A stretch of DNA of 64,000 nucleotides, taken from contig JBOGIW010000612.1 of assembly GCA_050748045.1 (NCBI GenBank), positions 14,573 through 78,572 on the forward strand, given 5' to 3'. Numbering within the stretch: the stretch's first letter is position 1; each line of letters begins with the position of its first letter. The stretch is from Vicinamibacterales bacterium (lineage in GTDB: Bacteria > Acidobacteriota > Vicinamibacteria > Vicinamibacterales > UBA2999). Of the stretch, positions 1 through 9,558 are shown in pieces. Position numbers and translations under genes: made by a program. Below the pieces are notes generated by a model. The model had not been told where the DNA came from, searched no databases, and saw only the letters and a program-made list of their open reading frames with translations.

Positions 1-2
1 CC

Positions 3-305
3 TTCGTCGCGCTGCCGGGCGGACTGGGAACGCTCGACGAGCTCTTCGAGATTCTGACGCTCATCCAGACCGAAAGGATCGCGCGTCTTCCCGTCGTCCT
101 GCTCGGCACCGAGTACTGGAGCCCACTGCTGACCGTTCTTCGCGGCATGGCGGCGGCAGGCACGCTCGACCGGTCCGATCTGGATCACATGTATCTCACC
201 GATGATGTGGCGGCCGCCGTCGGGCACATCGTGACCGGCACGGCCTCGCGCACCGTGCCCGCAGGACGCGTCTCACCATGGGCCGATCCGTCCATCGCGA
301 CGTAA
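3..305 (+). CDS. LOG-family (TIGR00730-like, 'lysine decarboxylase-like') protein, C-terminal fragment; the 5' end lies outside the window
   Basis: Frame-3 translation from base 3 reads [40 protein letters not shown]. This is the PGGxGTxxE region typical of LOG/YvdD proteins. The frame stays open to TAA at 303-305. Confidence 0.75.
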   Translation, partial: FVALPGGLGTLDELFEILTLIQTERIARLPVVLLGTEYWSPLLTVLRGMAAAGTLDRSDLDHMYLTDDVAAAVGHIVTGTASRTVPAGRVSPWADPSIAT

Positions 306-1531
306 CCCTGGCCTCGACGATGGCGATGGGCGTCCTCGATCGCTGGGAGCACACCGACCTCGCGCAAACGATCTTCACGCGCTCCGTCGAGTGTTGGGGT
401 GAGGACCGGGCGGTCGTCCTGCTGGGTCGATCGCCGGCGATCGTCGGGGCGCAGCAGCGGCTCATGCAGTGCACGCATACCGACGGCGCCGCGCTCATCA
501 CCGGGGAGACGGGGTCGGGCAAGGAACTGTTTGCGCGCGGTCTATACCTGATGTCGCGCCGGTATGGGCGCCCGTTCGTGTCGATCAATTGCGCTCAGTA
601 CCTCGACAGCCAACTGCTGGCGAGCGAGCTGTTCGGGCACACGAAAGGAAGCTTCACCGGCGCGATTGCCGATCGCCGCAGCATGTTCGAAGAGGCGCAG
701 AGCGGCGTCATCTTCCTCGACGAGGTCGCCGAGCTCTCGCTCGCCGCCCAGGCGATGCTCCTGCGGGTCCTCGGCGAAGGCGAAATCGTGCGCGTGGGAG
801 AAAACCGCCCGCGGCGCGTCGACGTGCGCACGGTCGCCGCAACGGCCGTCGATCTGGAGCAGGCCGCCGCCCGCCGGGGCTTTCGCGAAGATCTGTTCTA
901 CCGCCTGCGCGGCGTACGACTCAGGATTCCGCCCCTGCGCGAGCGCGACGACGACTGGAGGGTGATCGCCGATTACGCGCTCCACGCGCTGAACACGCGC
1001 TACTCGGTGGTCAAGCGTTTCTCGGCTGCGTCGCTGCGGATTCTCGAGGGCTACTCGTGGCCGGGGAACATTCGAGAGCTCAAGAGCATCGTCGAGCAGG
1101 GGTTCTACATGAGCCGCGGCCAGCTCATCGAGCCGGCCGACTTCGCCGCCGATCTCAATCTCGACGCTTCCGGCGACACCGCTGGCGCCTCGACGAGCGC
1201 CGACGTCCGGCACGACGAGGGTGGCGACGTTACGCCGACCCAGGCGGAGCATCTCTACGCGCGAATTCGACGATGGGGCCTGACGTTCTGGGATGCCGTG
1301 CACCGGCCGTACCTGAACCGCGAGCTCAATCGCCGGGAAGTACAGGCCATCCTGGCCGCTGGTCTTCGCGAAACGCAGGGCAGCTACAAGCGACTCCTGC
1401 CGCTCATCGGGCTCGACGCGACGGAGTACGTGCGGTTCATGGATTTCCTGCGGCATCACGCGCTCAAACCGCCGCGCCGGGACGTTGCGTCCGGATCGCC
1501 CGATTGCATGCTGACGGAACGACGCCCGTGA
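278..1531 (+). CDS. Sigma-54-dependent transcriptional activator (AAA+ bEBP) with almost no N-terminal sensor domain
   Basis: Walker [31 protein letters not shown] (ESELFGH/GAFTGA motifs), Walker [29 protein letters not shown]-terminal helix-turn-helix-like tail. Only ~50 aa precede the AAA+ core. An alternative start is ATG 320, since the 278 start overlaps the upstream gene. Confidence 0.85.
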   Translation: MGRSVHRDVTLASTMAMGVLDRWEHTDLAQTIFTRSVECWGEDRAVVLLGRSPAIVGAQQRLMQCTHTDGAALITGETGSGKELFARGLYLMSRRYGRPFVSINCAQYLDSQLLASELFGHTKGSFTGAIADRRSMFEEAQSGVIFLDEVAELSLAAQAMLLRVLGEGEIVRVGENRPRRVDVRTVAATAVDLEQAAARRGFREDLFYRLRGVRLRIPPLRERDDDWRVIADYALHALNTRYSVVKRFSAASLRILEGYSWPGNIRELKSIVEQGFYMSRGQLIEPADFAADLNLDASGDTAGASTSADVRHDEGGDVTPTQAEHLYARIRRWGLTFWDAVHRPYLNRELNRREVQAILAAGLRETQGSYKRLLPLIGLDATEYVRFMDFLRHHALKPPRRDVASGSPDCMLTERRP

Positions 1532-1556
1532 GCACCTACCGCTGCTCACCCCGAGG

Positions 1557-3134
1557 ATGCAGATGATCGCGCACCGCTCCGGTCTCGCGCGCCGCTCGCG
1601 AACGCTCGCCTTCCGCGCCACGCCTGCGGCGGCGTGCCTGGTCGCGCTGTCGGCAGCCGCCGGCGCGCAGGGGACGGCGACGCTGTCCCTCGAGCACGTG
1701 TTCACGGCATTGCTTCAGCACAACCCCGATATCGCGAAGGCCCAGGCGAGCGTGGACGTGGAGCGCGGTGCGCTCGTGCAGGCACGGTATCCGTTCGACC
1801 TGCGTCCGCGGGCGGCGCTGACGAACAGCCGCACGGTGCAGAGCGCGAACAGCGACGTCACACAGGCGGTGCCGTCATACGTCACGCTGGCCAGTCGGAC
1901 GAAGCTCGAGCTCACGAAGCTCTTTCGCTCGGGCATTCAGGTGGCTTCCGAGCTCGCCGTCGAGCGCACTTCGCCGGCCGAGCTCGGGGGGCCCACGCTC
2001 AACCGCCTCATCGCCGACGCCAGCGTGACTGTGCCGTTGATGCAGGGACGCGACGGCGGCCTGTTGGCGGCCGTGGAGCACGCCGCGGCCAAGAGCCATG
2101 CCGCCGCGAGGCAGACCCTGCGCTCCACGGCCGGAGCGGCGCTGTTCCGGGCCACGGTCGCGTACTGGGAGTATGTCGCCGCATTCCAGCGCGCCGCCAT
2201 CCACGGTGCCGCCGCACGCCGGTCGCGGCAGATCGTCGACGAGATCACGATCCTGATTCGCGCCGACGAGCGGCCGCGGTCGGACCTGGATTTGATGGTG
2301 GCCAATGCGGCCTCGAAGCAGGTGGCGCAGCTCCGCGCCGAGCGGCAGATCATCGACGCGCGAACGGCTCTCGCAGGGGCGATCGGGCTCGATCTCGATC
2401 AGGCAGCTACGCTCGCCGACCCAGGCACCGCGTTCCCCGAACAGGACGAGACGCGGCACACGCCTGCGGTCGACGAGATGATACGGGACGCCCTGGCGCG
2501 GCACGACGCGTTGGCGGCGGCGCAGACCCGTCGCGACAGTGCCCGGGCGCTGCGCGACGCCGCGGCGCGCCAGCTGAAACCGCGGGTCGACCTCCTCGTC
2601 GGGGCCGGCTACACGGGCCAGGCCGGTGGCGGCGGAATCGGGCGTCTCTTTCATCCGTTGTTCCACAACACGCTCGGGCCGAACGCATCGGTGCAGCTGC
2701 TGGTGGAGCCATCGGCGATCAACAGCCTCCTGCGCGGCACGCTGATCTCGTCGGACGCCTCCTATGTCCAGGCCGTGACTGCGGCCGACGCGCTCGCACG
2801 CGGCCTCCGCCTCCAGATTGCGAACGCCGCCGAAGGGCTGGCCAACAGCCGCGCGCAGCTGGATCGGACGCAGGAAGCGGTGGATCGCTCGCGCTTGGCG
2901 CTCGCCACCGTCCAGCGCACGTTCGAGCTCGGGAACGCGACACTTTTCGATCGGATTCTGGCCGAGGACACGCTCACGAATGCCGAACTGGCGGATCTCG
3001 GCGCCCGCCAGGAGCACGCGATGGCGCTCGCGGAGCTTCAATCCGCTCGCGGCCTCGTGGTCGAGTGGCGCGACGGCCACTTGGTGGCCGACGCCAGGCG
3101 GGTTCTGCGGGCGTCACGGGGAGACGGCCGGTGA
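1557..3134 (+). CDS. TolC-like outer membrane efflux protein
   Basis: Signal-like N-terminus MQMIAHRSGLARRSRTLAFRATPAAACLVALSAAAGAQG. ~520 aa of Ala/Leu/Arg/Gln-rich repeated coiled-coil-type sequence, as in outer membrane factor proteins. Its stop overlaps (GTGA) the start of the HlyD-like gene. Confidence 0.65.
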   Translation: MQMIAHRSGLARRSRTLAFRATPAAACLVALSAAAGAQGTATLSLEHVFTALLQHNPDIAKAQASVDVERGALVQARYPFDLRPRAALTNSRTVQSANSDVTQAVPSYVTLASRTKLELTKLFRSGIQVASELAVERTSPAELGGPTLNRLIADASVTVPLMQGRDGGLLAAVEHAAAKSHAAARQTLRSTAGAALFRATVAYWEYVAAFQRAAIHGAAARRSRQIVDEITILIRADERPRSDLDLMVANAASKQVAQLRAERQIIDARTALAGAIGLDLDQAATLADPGTAFPEQDETRHTPAVDEMIRDALARHDALAAAQTRRDSARALRDAAARQLKPRVDLLVGAGYTGQAGGGGIGRLFHPLFHNTLGPNASVQLLVEPSAINSLLRGTLISSDASYVQAVTAADALARGLRLQIANAAEGLANSRAQLDRTQEAVDRSRLALATVQRTFELGNATLFDRILAEDTLTNAELADLGARQEHAMALAELQSARGLVVEWRDGHLVADARRVLRASRGDGR

Positions 3135-4393
3135 GTCACACTTTTGCGTTTCGACGGATCGCCCTCGACCGCTTGTCGTCGGCAGACGATCTCGATCGGG
3201 TGCTTCGCGTCACGAGTCCGCGGAGCTGGTTGTTGCTGGCGGCGCTTTGCGGTCTCGTGGCCGCGGTGCTCGTGTGGAGCGTGGTCGCGGTCGTGCCGCT
3301 CAAAGTGTCGGGGCCCGGAATCCTGCTCAAGAGCGGCGGCATTTTCAGCGTCGTGTCGACGATCGGCGGCCGCGTGGCGGACGTGTCGGTCGGCGTCGGC
3401 GACACCGTCAAGGAAGGGCAGGTCGTGGCGCGCATTGCGCAGCCGGAAATCGTCGAGCGCCTGCGGGAGGCCCGCATCACGCTCACGAACCTGCGGGAGG
3501 CGCATGCGTTCCTCACGGCCGCCGGCGGCCGCGAGCTGTCGACACAGGAGGCGTCGCTGCGCCAGCAGGCCATGCACCTGGCCGACGCCATCAAGGCCGA
3601 CGAAAGACGGGCGGCGTTCTTTCGCGAGAAGGTCGTCTCCCAGCAGCAACTCGTGGCGGAGGGTCGCCTCGTGCGCCAGACCCTGATCAACACGCTCCAG
3701 GAGCTCGACGCGACGAACGAGCAGATCCGCATGCGTCGCGGCGAGCTCACGAAGATCGAGCTGCAGACGCTTCAGGCGCGATCGCAGCGGCAGGTCAGCC
3801 TGCAGAAGAGCGCGTTCGCGATTCGCGAGGCCGACCACGACGTCGCGCAGCTCGAACGCAGCCTCACCTCGGGCGCCGAGGTGCGATCGCCGTACACGGG
3901 GCGGATCATCGAAATGGCCGCGGAGCAGGGATCGATCGTGAACCGTGGCGAGGTGCTCTTCACGCTCGACCTGACGGGCCGAACGGTTGCGGCCCTCGAG
4001 GCGATGTTGTATGTCCCGGCCAAAGACGGCAAGCGCATCGCACCCGGCATGGTCGTGCAGATCGCGCCCGCCACGATCCGCCCGGAGGAGCACGGGTACC
4101 TGATCGGACAGGTCACATACGTCTCCGACCTGCCGGCCACCGCACGCGGAATGCTGCGCGTGCTCAAGAACGAGGAACTCGTGCGATCGTTGACCGGCGC
4201 GACGCCGCCGCACGAGGTGCGGGTGGATCTCCTTCCCGATCCATCGAGCGCGAGCGGGTACCGCTGGTCCTCCGCTCAGGGCCCGCCGACCAAAGTGCAG
4301 AGCGGAACGTTGTGCGACGCCGCGGTGATCGTCGAGTCGCGCCGCCCGATCGAGATGGTCGTGCCCTTCCTGCAGAGAGCCTCCGGGCTCTGA
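3131..4393 (+). CDS. HlyD-family membrane fusion protein, NHLM/NHLP bacteriocin-system secretion type (TIGR03794-like)
   Basis: Single N-terminal TM (SWLLLAALCGLVAAVLVWSVVAV), lipoyl-like hairpin (GGRVADVSVGVGDTVKEGQVVARI), long coiled coil. GTG 3131 was chosen because the upstream part of ORF 1634..4393 is the out-of-frame shadow of the TolC-like gene. Confidence 0.8.
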   Translation: MSHTFAFRRIALDRLSSADDLDRVLRVTSPRSWLLLAALCGLVAAVLVWSVVAVVPLKVSGPGILLKSGGIFSVVSTIGGRVADVSVGVGDTVKEGQVVARIAQPEIVERLREARITLTNLREAHAFLTAAGGRELSTQEASLRQQAMHLADAIKADERRAAFFREKVVSQQQLVAEGRLVRQTLINTLQELDATNEQIRMRRGELTKIELQTLQARSQRQVSLQKSAFAIREADHDVAQLERSLTSGAEVRSPYTGRIIEMAAEQGSIVNRGEVLFTLDLTGRTVAALEAMLYVPAKDGKRIAPGMVVQIAPATIRPEEHGYLIGQVTYVSDLPATARGMLRVLKNEELVRSLTGATPPHEVRVDLLPDPSSASGYRWSSAQGPPTKVQSGTLCDAAVIVESRRPIEMVVPFLQRASGL

Positions 4394-4417
4394 ATCCGCC
4401 GACGACGGGACACGCGC

Positions 4418-6634
4418 ATGCGCTTCGAAAGCCGACGTCCGTCTTTGCCGCCGTTCTGCCGGCGCTCCCGCGCGCCCCGACATCCGCGCGTGCGCGTGCC
4501 CTCCGTGCTGCAGATGGAAGCGGTGGAATGCGGCGCCGCGTCGCTGGCCATGATCCTCGCGCACTTCGGCCGCGTCGTGCCGCTCGAAGAGCTCCGCGTG
4601 GTCTGCGGCGTCTCGCGCGACGGCAGCCGCGCGCACAATATCCTCCGCGCGGGGCGGAGCTATGGGCTCCTCGGCAAGGCCTATCGCAAGGAGGTAGCCG
4701 ACCTGCGCCGAATCCCCACGCCGCTCATCGCGCACTGGAATTTCAACCACTTCCTCGTGATCGAGGGATTTCGCGGCAAGAAGGTATTCCTCAACGACCC
4801 CGCAACCGGCCCGCGGACCATCCGCGAGACCGAGCTCGACGCATGCTTCACCGGCGTGGTGCTCTCGTTCGATCGCAGTCCGACCTTCGAGGGCGGCGGG
4901 CAGCGGCACAGTGTCCTGCGCGCGCTCCGGAGGCGGCTCGCCGGCACGTCGCTGGCGCTCGCCTTCCTTCTCGTCGTCGGCCTCCTGTGGATGATGCTGG
5001 TGCTCGTCACACCGGCGTTCCTGACCATCTTCGTCGACGATGTGCTCATCGCCGGCATGCGCGATTGGGCCGTGCCGCTCAACCTCGCGATGCTCCTCAC
5101 GGGCGCCGGCCTCGCGCTGCTGACGTACGTCCAACAGCAGTACGTGTTGCGCCTCGAAACGAAGCTGGCGCTTGCGCAGTCGGCCCGGCTGCTCTGGCAC
5201 CTGCTCACGTTGCCGATCGGCTTCTTTCTCCAGCGCAGCGCCGGTGAGCTCGGCACGCGCGTCGCGGTGAACGAACGCATCGCGCAGGTCCTGTCGGTGG
5301 AGCTGGCGTCCGGCCTGCTCGGCGTGTGCGCCATCCTGCTGTACGTGACGTTCATGCTGGAGTACGACGCGTGGCTCACGCTCGTCATTCTGTTCACGAC
5401 GGCGCTGAACGTCGTGGCGGTGCAGGGCGCGGCGCGCCAGCGCGTGAACCTCAACCGCCGCCTGTCGCAGGACCAGGGAAAGATGGTCGGGACCGCCATG
5501 GGCGGACTGCAGTCGATCGAGACCCTGAAGGCGATGGGCGGCGAGTCGGACTTCTTCGCGCGCTGGTCGGGATATCAGACCAAGGTCCTCAGCGTTCAGC
5601 AGAGTCTCAAGCTCCAGACCGACCTGCTCGGCCTCGTGCCTCCGCTGCTCACGATGGTCAACACCATCCTCATCCTGGGCGTCGGCGGGCATCGTGTCAT
5701 GGACGGCACCCTCACCATCGGCATGCTCGTCGCCTTTCAGTCCTTCGTCTATCTCGTCGCCGTCCCCGCGCAGCAGGTCGTGGCACTCGGCAACAGTCTG
5801 CAGGAGGCCGCCGGACAGCTGGGACGTCTCGAAGACGTGGTGGACACCGTCCCCGACCCGCAGGTGCGCCTGCCGACGGCGGACGAGGCGACGGGTGGCA
5901 CCGAGAAGCTCGCCGGCCTCGTGGAGCTCAGGCAGGTCACGTTCGGATACAGCCCGCTCGACCCGCCGCTCATCGAGAATTTCAACCTGACGATCAGGCC
6001 CGGCCGCCGCGTGGCCCTCGTCGGTGGTTCGGGATCGGGAAAGAGCACCGTGGCGCGGCTGGTCTGCGGCCTCTACCGGCCGTGGAGTGGAGCGATCGCC
6101 TTTGACGGTGTGCCCCGCACCGAGCGCTCGCACCATGAGCTGAGCCACTCGTTCGCGGTCGTCGACCAGGATATCTTCCTCTTCGAAGGCACGGTCCGAG
6201 AAAACCTGACCCTCTGGGACACGACCGCGCCCGAGGCCGACGTCGTCCGCGCGGCTGCCGACGCCTGCATCCACGACGAGATCATGTCGCGAGCCGGCGG
6301 TTACAACAGTCGTGTGGACGAAGGCGGGCGCAACTTCAGCGGGGGCCAGGCGCAGCGGCTGGAGATTGCGCGCGCGCTCTGCAACAACCCGACCGTCCTC
6401 GTGCTCGACGAGGCGACGAGCGCGCTCGATCCCGCCACCGAACGCACGTTCGACGACAACCTGCGCCGCCGCGGGTGCACGTGCCTCATCATCGCGCACC
6501 GCCTCAGCACGATCCGTGACTGCGACGAGATCATCGTCCTCGAGGAGGGCCGGATCGTGCAGCGGGGCACCCACGACGCGATGAAGAGCGTGCCGGGACC
6601 CTACCAGCGTCTCATCGCCTCGGAGGAGTCGTGA
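4418..6634 (+). CDS. Peptidase-containing ABC transporter (PCAT): C39 double-glycine peptidase + TMD + NBD (TIGR03796-like)
   Basis: C39 catalytic Cys in LQMEAVECGAASLAMILAHFG and His in IAHWNFNHFLVIEG, then NDPATG. Six-helix TMD. Walker A GGSGSGKST, signature FSGGQAQRL, Walker B VLVLDEATSALD. Confidence 0.9.
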   Translation: MRFESRRPSLPPFCRRSRAPRHPRVRVPSVLQMEAVECGAASLAMILAHFGRVVPLEELRVVCGVSRDGSRAHNILRAGRSYGLLGKAYRKEVADLRRIPTPLIAHWNFNHFLVIEGFRGKKVFLNDPATGPRTIRETELDACFTGVVLSFDRSPTFEGGGQRHSVLRALRRRLAGTSLALAFLLVVGLLWMMLVLVTPAFLTIFVDDVLIAGMRDWAVPLNLAMLLTGAGLALLTYVQQQYVLRLETKLALAQSARLLWHLLTLPIGFFLQRSAGELGTRVAVNERIAQVLSVELASGLLGVCAILLYVTFMLEYDAWLTLVILFTTALNVVAVQGAARQRVNLNRRLSQDQGKMVGTAMGGLQSIETLKAMGGESDFFARWSGYQTKVLSVQQSLKLQTDLLGLVPPLLTMVNTILILGVGGHRVMDGTLTIGMLVAFQSFVYLVAVPAQQVVALGNSLQEAAGQLGRLEDVVDTVPDPQVRLPTADEATGGTEKLAGLVELRQVTFGYSPLDPPLIENFNLTIRPGRRVALVGGSGSGKSTVARLVCGLYRPWSGAIAFDGVPRTERSHHELSHSFAVVDQDIFLFEGTVRENLTLWDTTAPEADVVRAAADACIHDEIMSRAGGYNSRVDEGGRNFSGGQAQRLEIARALCNNPTVLVLDEATSALDPATERTFDDNLRRRGCTCLIIAHRLSTIRDCDEIIVLEEGRIVQRGTHDAMKSVPGPYQRLIASEES
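4496..4874 (+). other. C39 peptidase domain of the PCAT (approximate borders)
   Basis: The Cys/His/Asp-region motifs listed above all fall in this span. Confidence 0.8.
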
Positions 6635-9546
6635 TGTCGGTGTCGTCCTCCACCGTGCGCGCCGCTGGTCCGGGCGACGAGGCTGCCCGTTACGCCGCGG
6701 CACGGACGATGCTGCGCGGCGACGGCGGGTGGATCGTTCGCGCCGGCTACGCGGACATATTCGTGTCGCGGCGTGGTGCCAGCGAGTCACCCGGCCGGCG
6801 GCACCATCTGTTTCGCGCCGGCGAGCGATCGATCGTCTTTGGCCTGCCGGAGTCGTCCGACCTGCTGTTCGAGGCGATCGGGACCGAATCCACCGTCCTG
6901 GAGCCGGTCGGGCGCGAATGGATCGATGCGTGCGCGAACGACCCGCAGGCCGTCGCCATGACCCCGCGCGCCGTCGATCGATGGATCGACAATCTCTGCG
7001 AATACGTGGCGGCCGGCGTACCGCCCGCAAATTGCGCGTCCTACACGGCCGGGCAGGAAGCGACGGTCGACGCAGGTGGGTCCGTCCGTTCGGCACTTGG
7101 CGTGACCGTCGTCGAGGTCGTGAGCGGCGAGGCGGCGTTCTGCGGTTACGCGCGTGCGCGGTTGCAAACGGGCGATCTGGTCTCGGTATCGTGGCGCACG
7201 TGGCTGACGGCGACGGCGGAGAGCACGGTTCGGGTGAAGGCACTCGGCGAGGTCGTGAGCCGCGGCGATCTCTGGCGGGCGCTCGATACCCTTCACGAAC
7301 TCGCGGTCGAAGCCGTGCGGGTCCGCCTCGAACACATCCGTCAGGTGGAGCGCGACCGGCAGGGCGCCAAGTCGGTTGCCGCGCAGGCAGCCGGCGCCGG
7401 CGCGCTCGGAGAGATCGCGGCGGCGTTCCGCGAAGCGCCGGCCGAGGCTGTCGCGGCAACGTTCGCCGACGGCGCGGCCACGACGCAGGAAAGGCTGAAC
7501 GCCGCGTGCCGGCTGATCGCCGAGCGCCTGCGCATCCCGTTCGCGGCGCCGTCGACGACAGAGTACCGGACGCTCAAAGATGGCGTGGAGTCCGTGGCCC
7601 GCGCGTCGAGATTCCGCGCGCGGCAGGTGATGCTGACCGACGACTGGTGGCGCCACGACGAGGGTCCGCTCCTCGGCTCGTGGAAGGACAGCCAGCGTCC
7701 CGTCGCCCTGCTGCCTCGGAAGCGCTCGGGGTACGACGCGGTCGATCCCCACGACCGCTCGCGTCGGCCGGTCACGCTTCAGGTCGCCGCGCTCCTGGCG
7801 CCGACCGCATTCACCCTGTACCGTCCGTTTCGACCGGGCCGTGTCGGGGTATTCGAGCTCCTGCGCTTCGGCATGGCGGGATGCACGCGGGAGTTCGCGA
7901 CGATCGTGGCCACGGGTGCGCTTGCCGGCGTAATCGCCACCGGCGTTCCGATCGCAACCGGCGTCCTGATCAACTCCATCATTCCGAGCACGGATCGGCT
8001 GCAGCTCGTGCAGTGGACGGTGCTGCTTCTCGTGGGGGCGGCAGCAAGCGGGATGATCCAGGTCGCGCGCAGCATCTCGCTCATCCGCCTCGAGATGCGA
8101 CTCGCCTACGCCATTCAGTCGGCCGTGTGGGATCGGTTGATCAGCCTCCCCTCGGGCTTCTTCCGGCAATACGCCGCGGGCAATCTGGCCTCACGCGCGA
8201 TGGGGCTCGACAGCGTCCGCCAGACGCTGTCCGGCGCGACGATTCGCGCCGTCCTCGGCGGCGTCTTTTCGGTGTTCAACTTCGCGCTGCTGTTCTTCTA
8301 CGACGTTCGACTGGCGCTCTGTGCGGCGGTACTCGTCGCCACGGCAGTCCTGGTCTTCACCGGCTTGGCGTACTTTCAACGCGTGCAGCAGCGCGAAGTC
8401 GCCGCGATCCAGGCGAAGACGTCGGGGATCATCCTCCAGCTCCTCACCGGCATCCGCAAGCTGCGCGTCGCGGGAGCCGAGACGCGCGCCTTCGCGATCT
8501 GGGCCCGGCTGTTCAGCACGCAGCGACGCGCCCAGCTGCGGATTCGAGGCCTCGCCAACTGGCTGCGCGTGTTCACCGTCTCGTTCCCGCTCGTCGCGTA
8601 TGCGGCCCTCTTCACCGTGATCCTGACGACCCCGGGCGGCGGCGCGATACGCACCGGAGACTTCCTGGCGTTCCTCGCGGCCTTCACCGGTTGCATCGAC
8701 GCGACGATGATGACGGCGACCGCCGCCATCAACGCGTTGTCCGTCATCCCGCAGTATGAGATGTCCCGGCCCATTCTCGATGCGGAGCCGGAGGTCAGCG
8801 CCGGACAGGCGGACCCCGGTCCGCTCAACGGCGACATCACGTGCGACAAGATCGTGTTCCGGTATCGGCAGGAGGGGCCGCCGATCCTGAACGGCTTGTC
8901 GTTCAAGATCAAGGCCGGTGAGTTCGTGGCCTTCGTCGGCCCGTCCGGATCCGGCAAATCCACAGTGCTGCGACTGCTCCTCGGCTTCGAAAACGCCGAA
9001 TCGGGAGCGGTGTACTACGACGGCCGCGACTTCAGAGACCTCGACACCCGCGCCGTGCGCCGCCAGATCGGCGTCGTGCTGCAGAGCGGCCGGCTCATGC
9101 CCGGCGACATCTACACGAACATCGCGGGTTGCTCGTCGGCGTCGATGGACGAGGCATGGGCGGCCACACGGATGGCGGGGCTGGAGGACGACATCAGGCG
9201 CATGCCGATGGGCATGCACACCATGGTCACCGACGGCGGAGGCACATTGTCCGGAGGACAGCGCCAGCGGCTTCTGATCGCTCGCGCCGTTGTCGGCGCG
9301 CCGCGACTGCTGTTCTTCGACGAGGCGACGAGCGCGCTCGACAACCAGACGCAGGCGATCGTCAGTCAGAGCCTCGAGCGCCTGCGCGCCACGCGCGTGG
9401 TGATCGCGCATCGTCTCAGCACCATCGTCAACGCGGACCGGATCTTCGTCGTGGAGAAGGGGATCATCGTTCAAAGCGGCACGTACGACGAGCTCATGGC
9501 GCAGCCGGGGCTCTTCCGGGAGCTCGCCAGCCGGCAGTTGGCATGA
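6631..9546 (+). CDS. Second ABC transporter ATP-binding/permease protein of the NHLM bacteriocin system (TIGR03797-like); long N-terminal accessory domain, no peptidase catalytic Cys
   Basis: ~400-aa N-terminal non-peptidase domain, then TMD. Walker A GPSGSGKST, signature LSGGQRQRL, Walker B LLFFDEATSALD. The start overlaps the stop of the PCAT (GTGATG). Confidence 0.85.
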   Translation: MMSVSSSTVRAAGPGDEAARYAAARTMLRGDGGWIVRAGYADIFVSRRGASESPGRRHHLFRAGERSIVFGLPESSDLLFEAIGTESTVLEPVGREWIDACANDPQAVAMTPRAVDRWIDNLCEYVAAGVPPANCASYTAGQEATVDAGGSVRSALGVTVVEVVSGEAAFCGYARARLQTGDLVSVSWRTWLTATAESTVRVKALGEVVSRGDLWRALDTLHELAVEAVRVRLEHIRQVERDRQGAKSVAAQAAGAGALGEIAAAFREAPAEAVAATFADGAATTQERLNAACRLIAERLRIPFAAPSTTEYRTLKDGVESVARASRFRARQVMLTDDWWRHDEGPLLGSWKDSQRPVALLPRKRSGYDAVDPHDRSRRPVTLQVAALLAPTAFTLYRPFRPGRVGVFELLRFGMAGCTREFATIVATGALAGVIATGVPIATGVLINSIIPSTDRLQLVQWTVLLLVGAAASGMIQVARSISLIRLEMRLAYAIQSAVWDRLISLPSGFFRQYAAGNLASRAMGLDSVRQTLSGATIRAVLGGVFSVFNFALLFFYDVRLALCAAVLVATAVLVFTGLAYFQRVQQREVAAIQAKTSGIILQLLTGIRKLRVAGAETRAFAIWARLFSTQRRAQLRIRGLANWLRVFTVSFPLVAYAALFTVILTTPGGGAIRTGDFLAFLAAFTGCIDATMMTATAAINALSVIPQYEMSRPILDAEPEVSAGQADPGPLNGDITCDKIVFRYRQEGPPILNGLSFKIKAGEFVAFVGPSGSGKSTVLRLLLGFENAESGAVYYDGRDFRDLDTRAVRRQIGVVLQSGRLMPGDIYTNIAGCSSASMDEAWAATRMAGLEDDIRRMPMGMHTMVTDGGGTLSGGQRQRLLIARAVVGAPRLLFFDEATSALDNQTQAIVSQSLERLRATRVVIAHRLSTIVNADRIFVVEKGIIVQSGTYDELMAQPGLFRELASRQLA

Positions 9547-9558
9547 CGCGAGGACCAT

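Noticed and set aside
1634-4393. 919-aa + strand ORF that would fuse the TolC region with the HlyD-like protein
   Set aside because: The first ~500 codons are an out-of-frame read-through of the TolC-like gene (Arg/Gly/Pro-rich nonsense). HlyD-like sequence begins only at the GTG at 3131.
3038-7459. 1473-aa ORF on the - strand, with similar giants at 8191..10716, 20142..23096, 23133..26009, 16656..18638, 26576..28270, 30202..32220, 38161..39654, 41972..43759, 43642..45675 and 50742..53015
   Set aside because: These are antisense shadow ORFs typical of very GC-rich DNA. Their translations are Arg/Ala/Gly/Pro-rich with no recognisable motifs, and the opposite strand encodes proteins with unambiguous conserved motifs.
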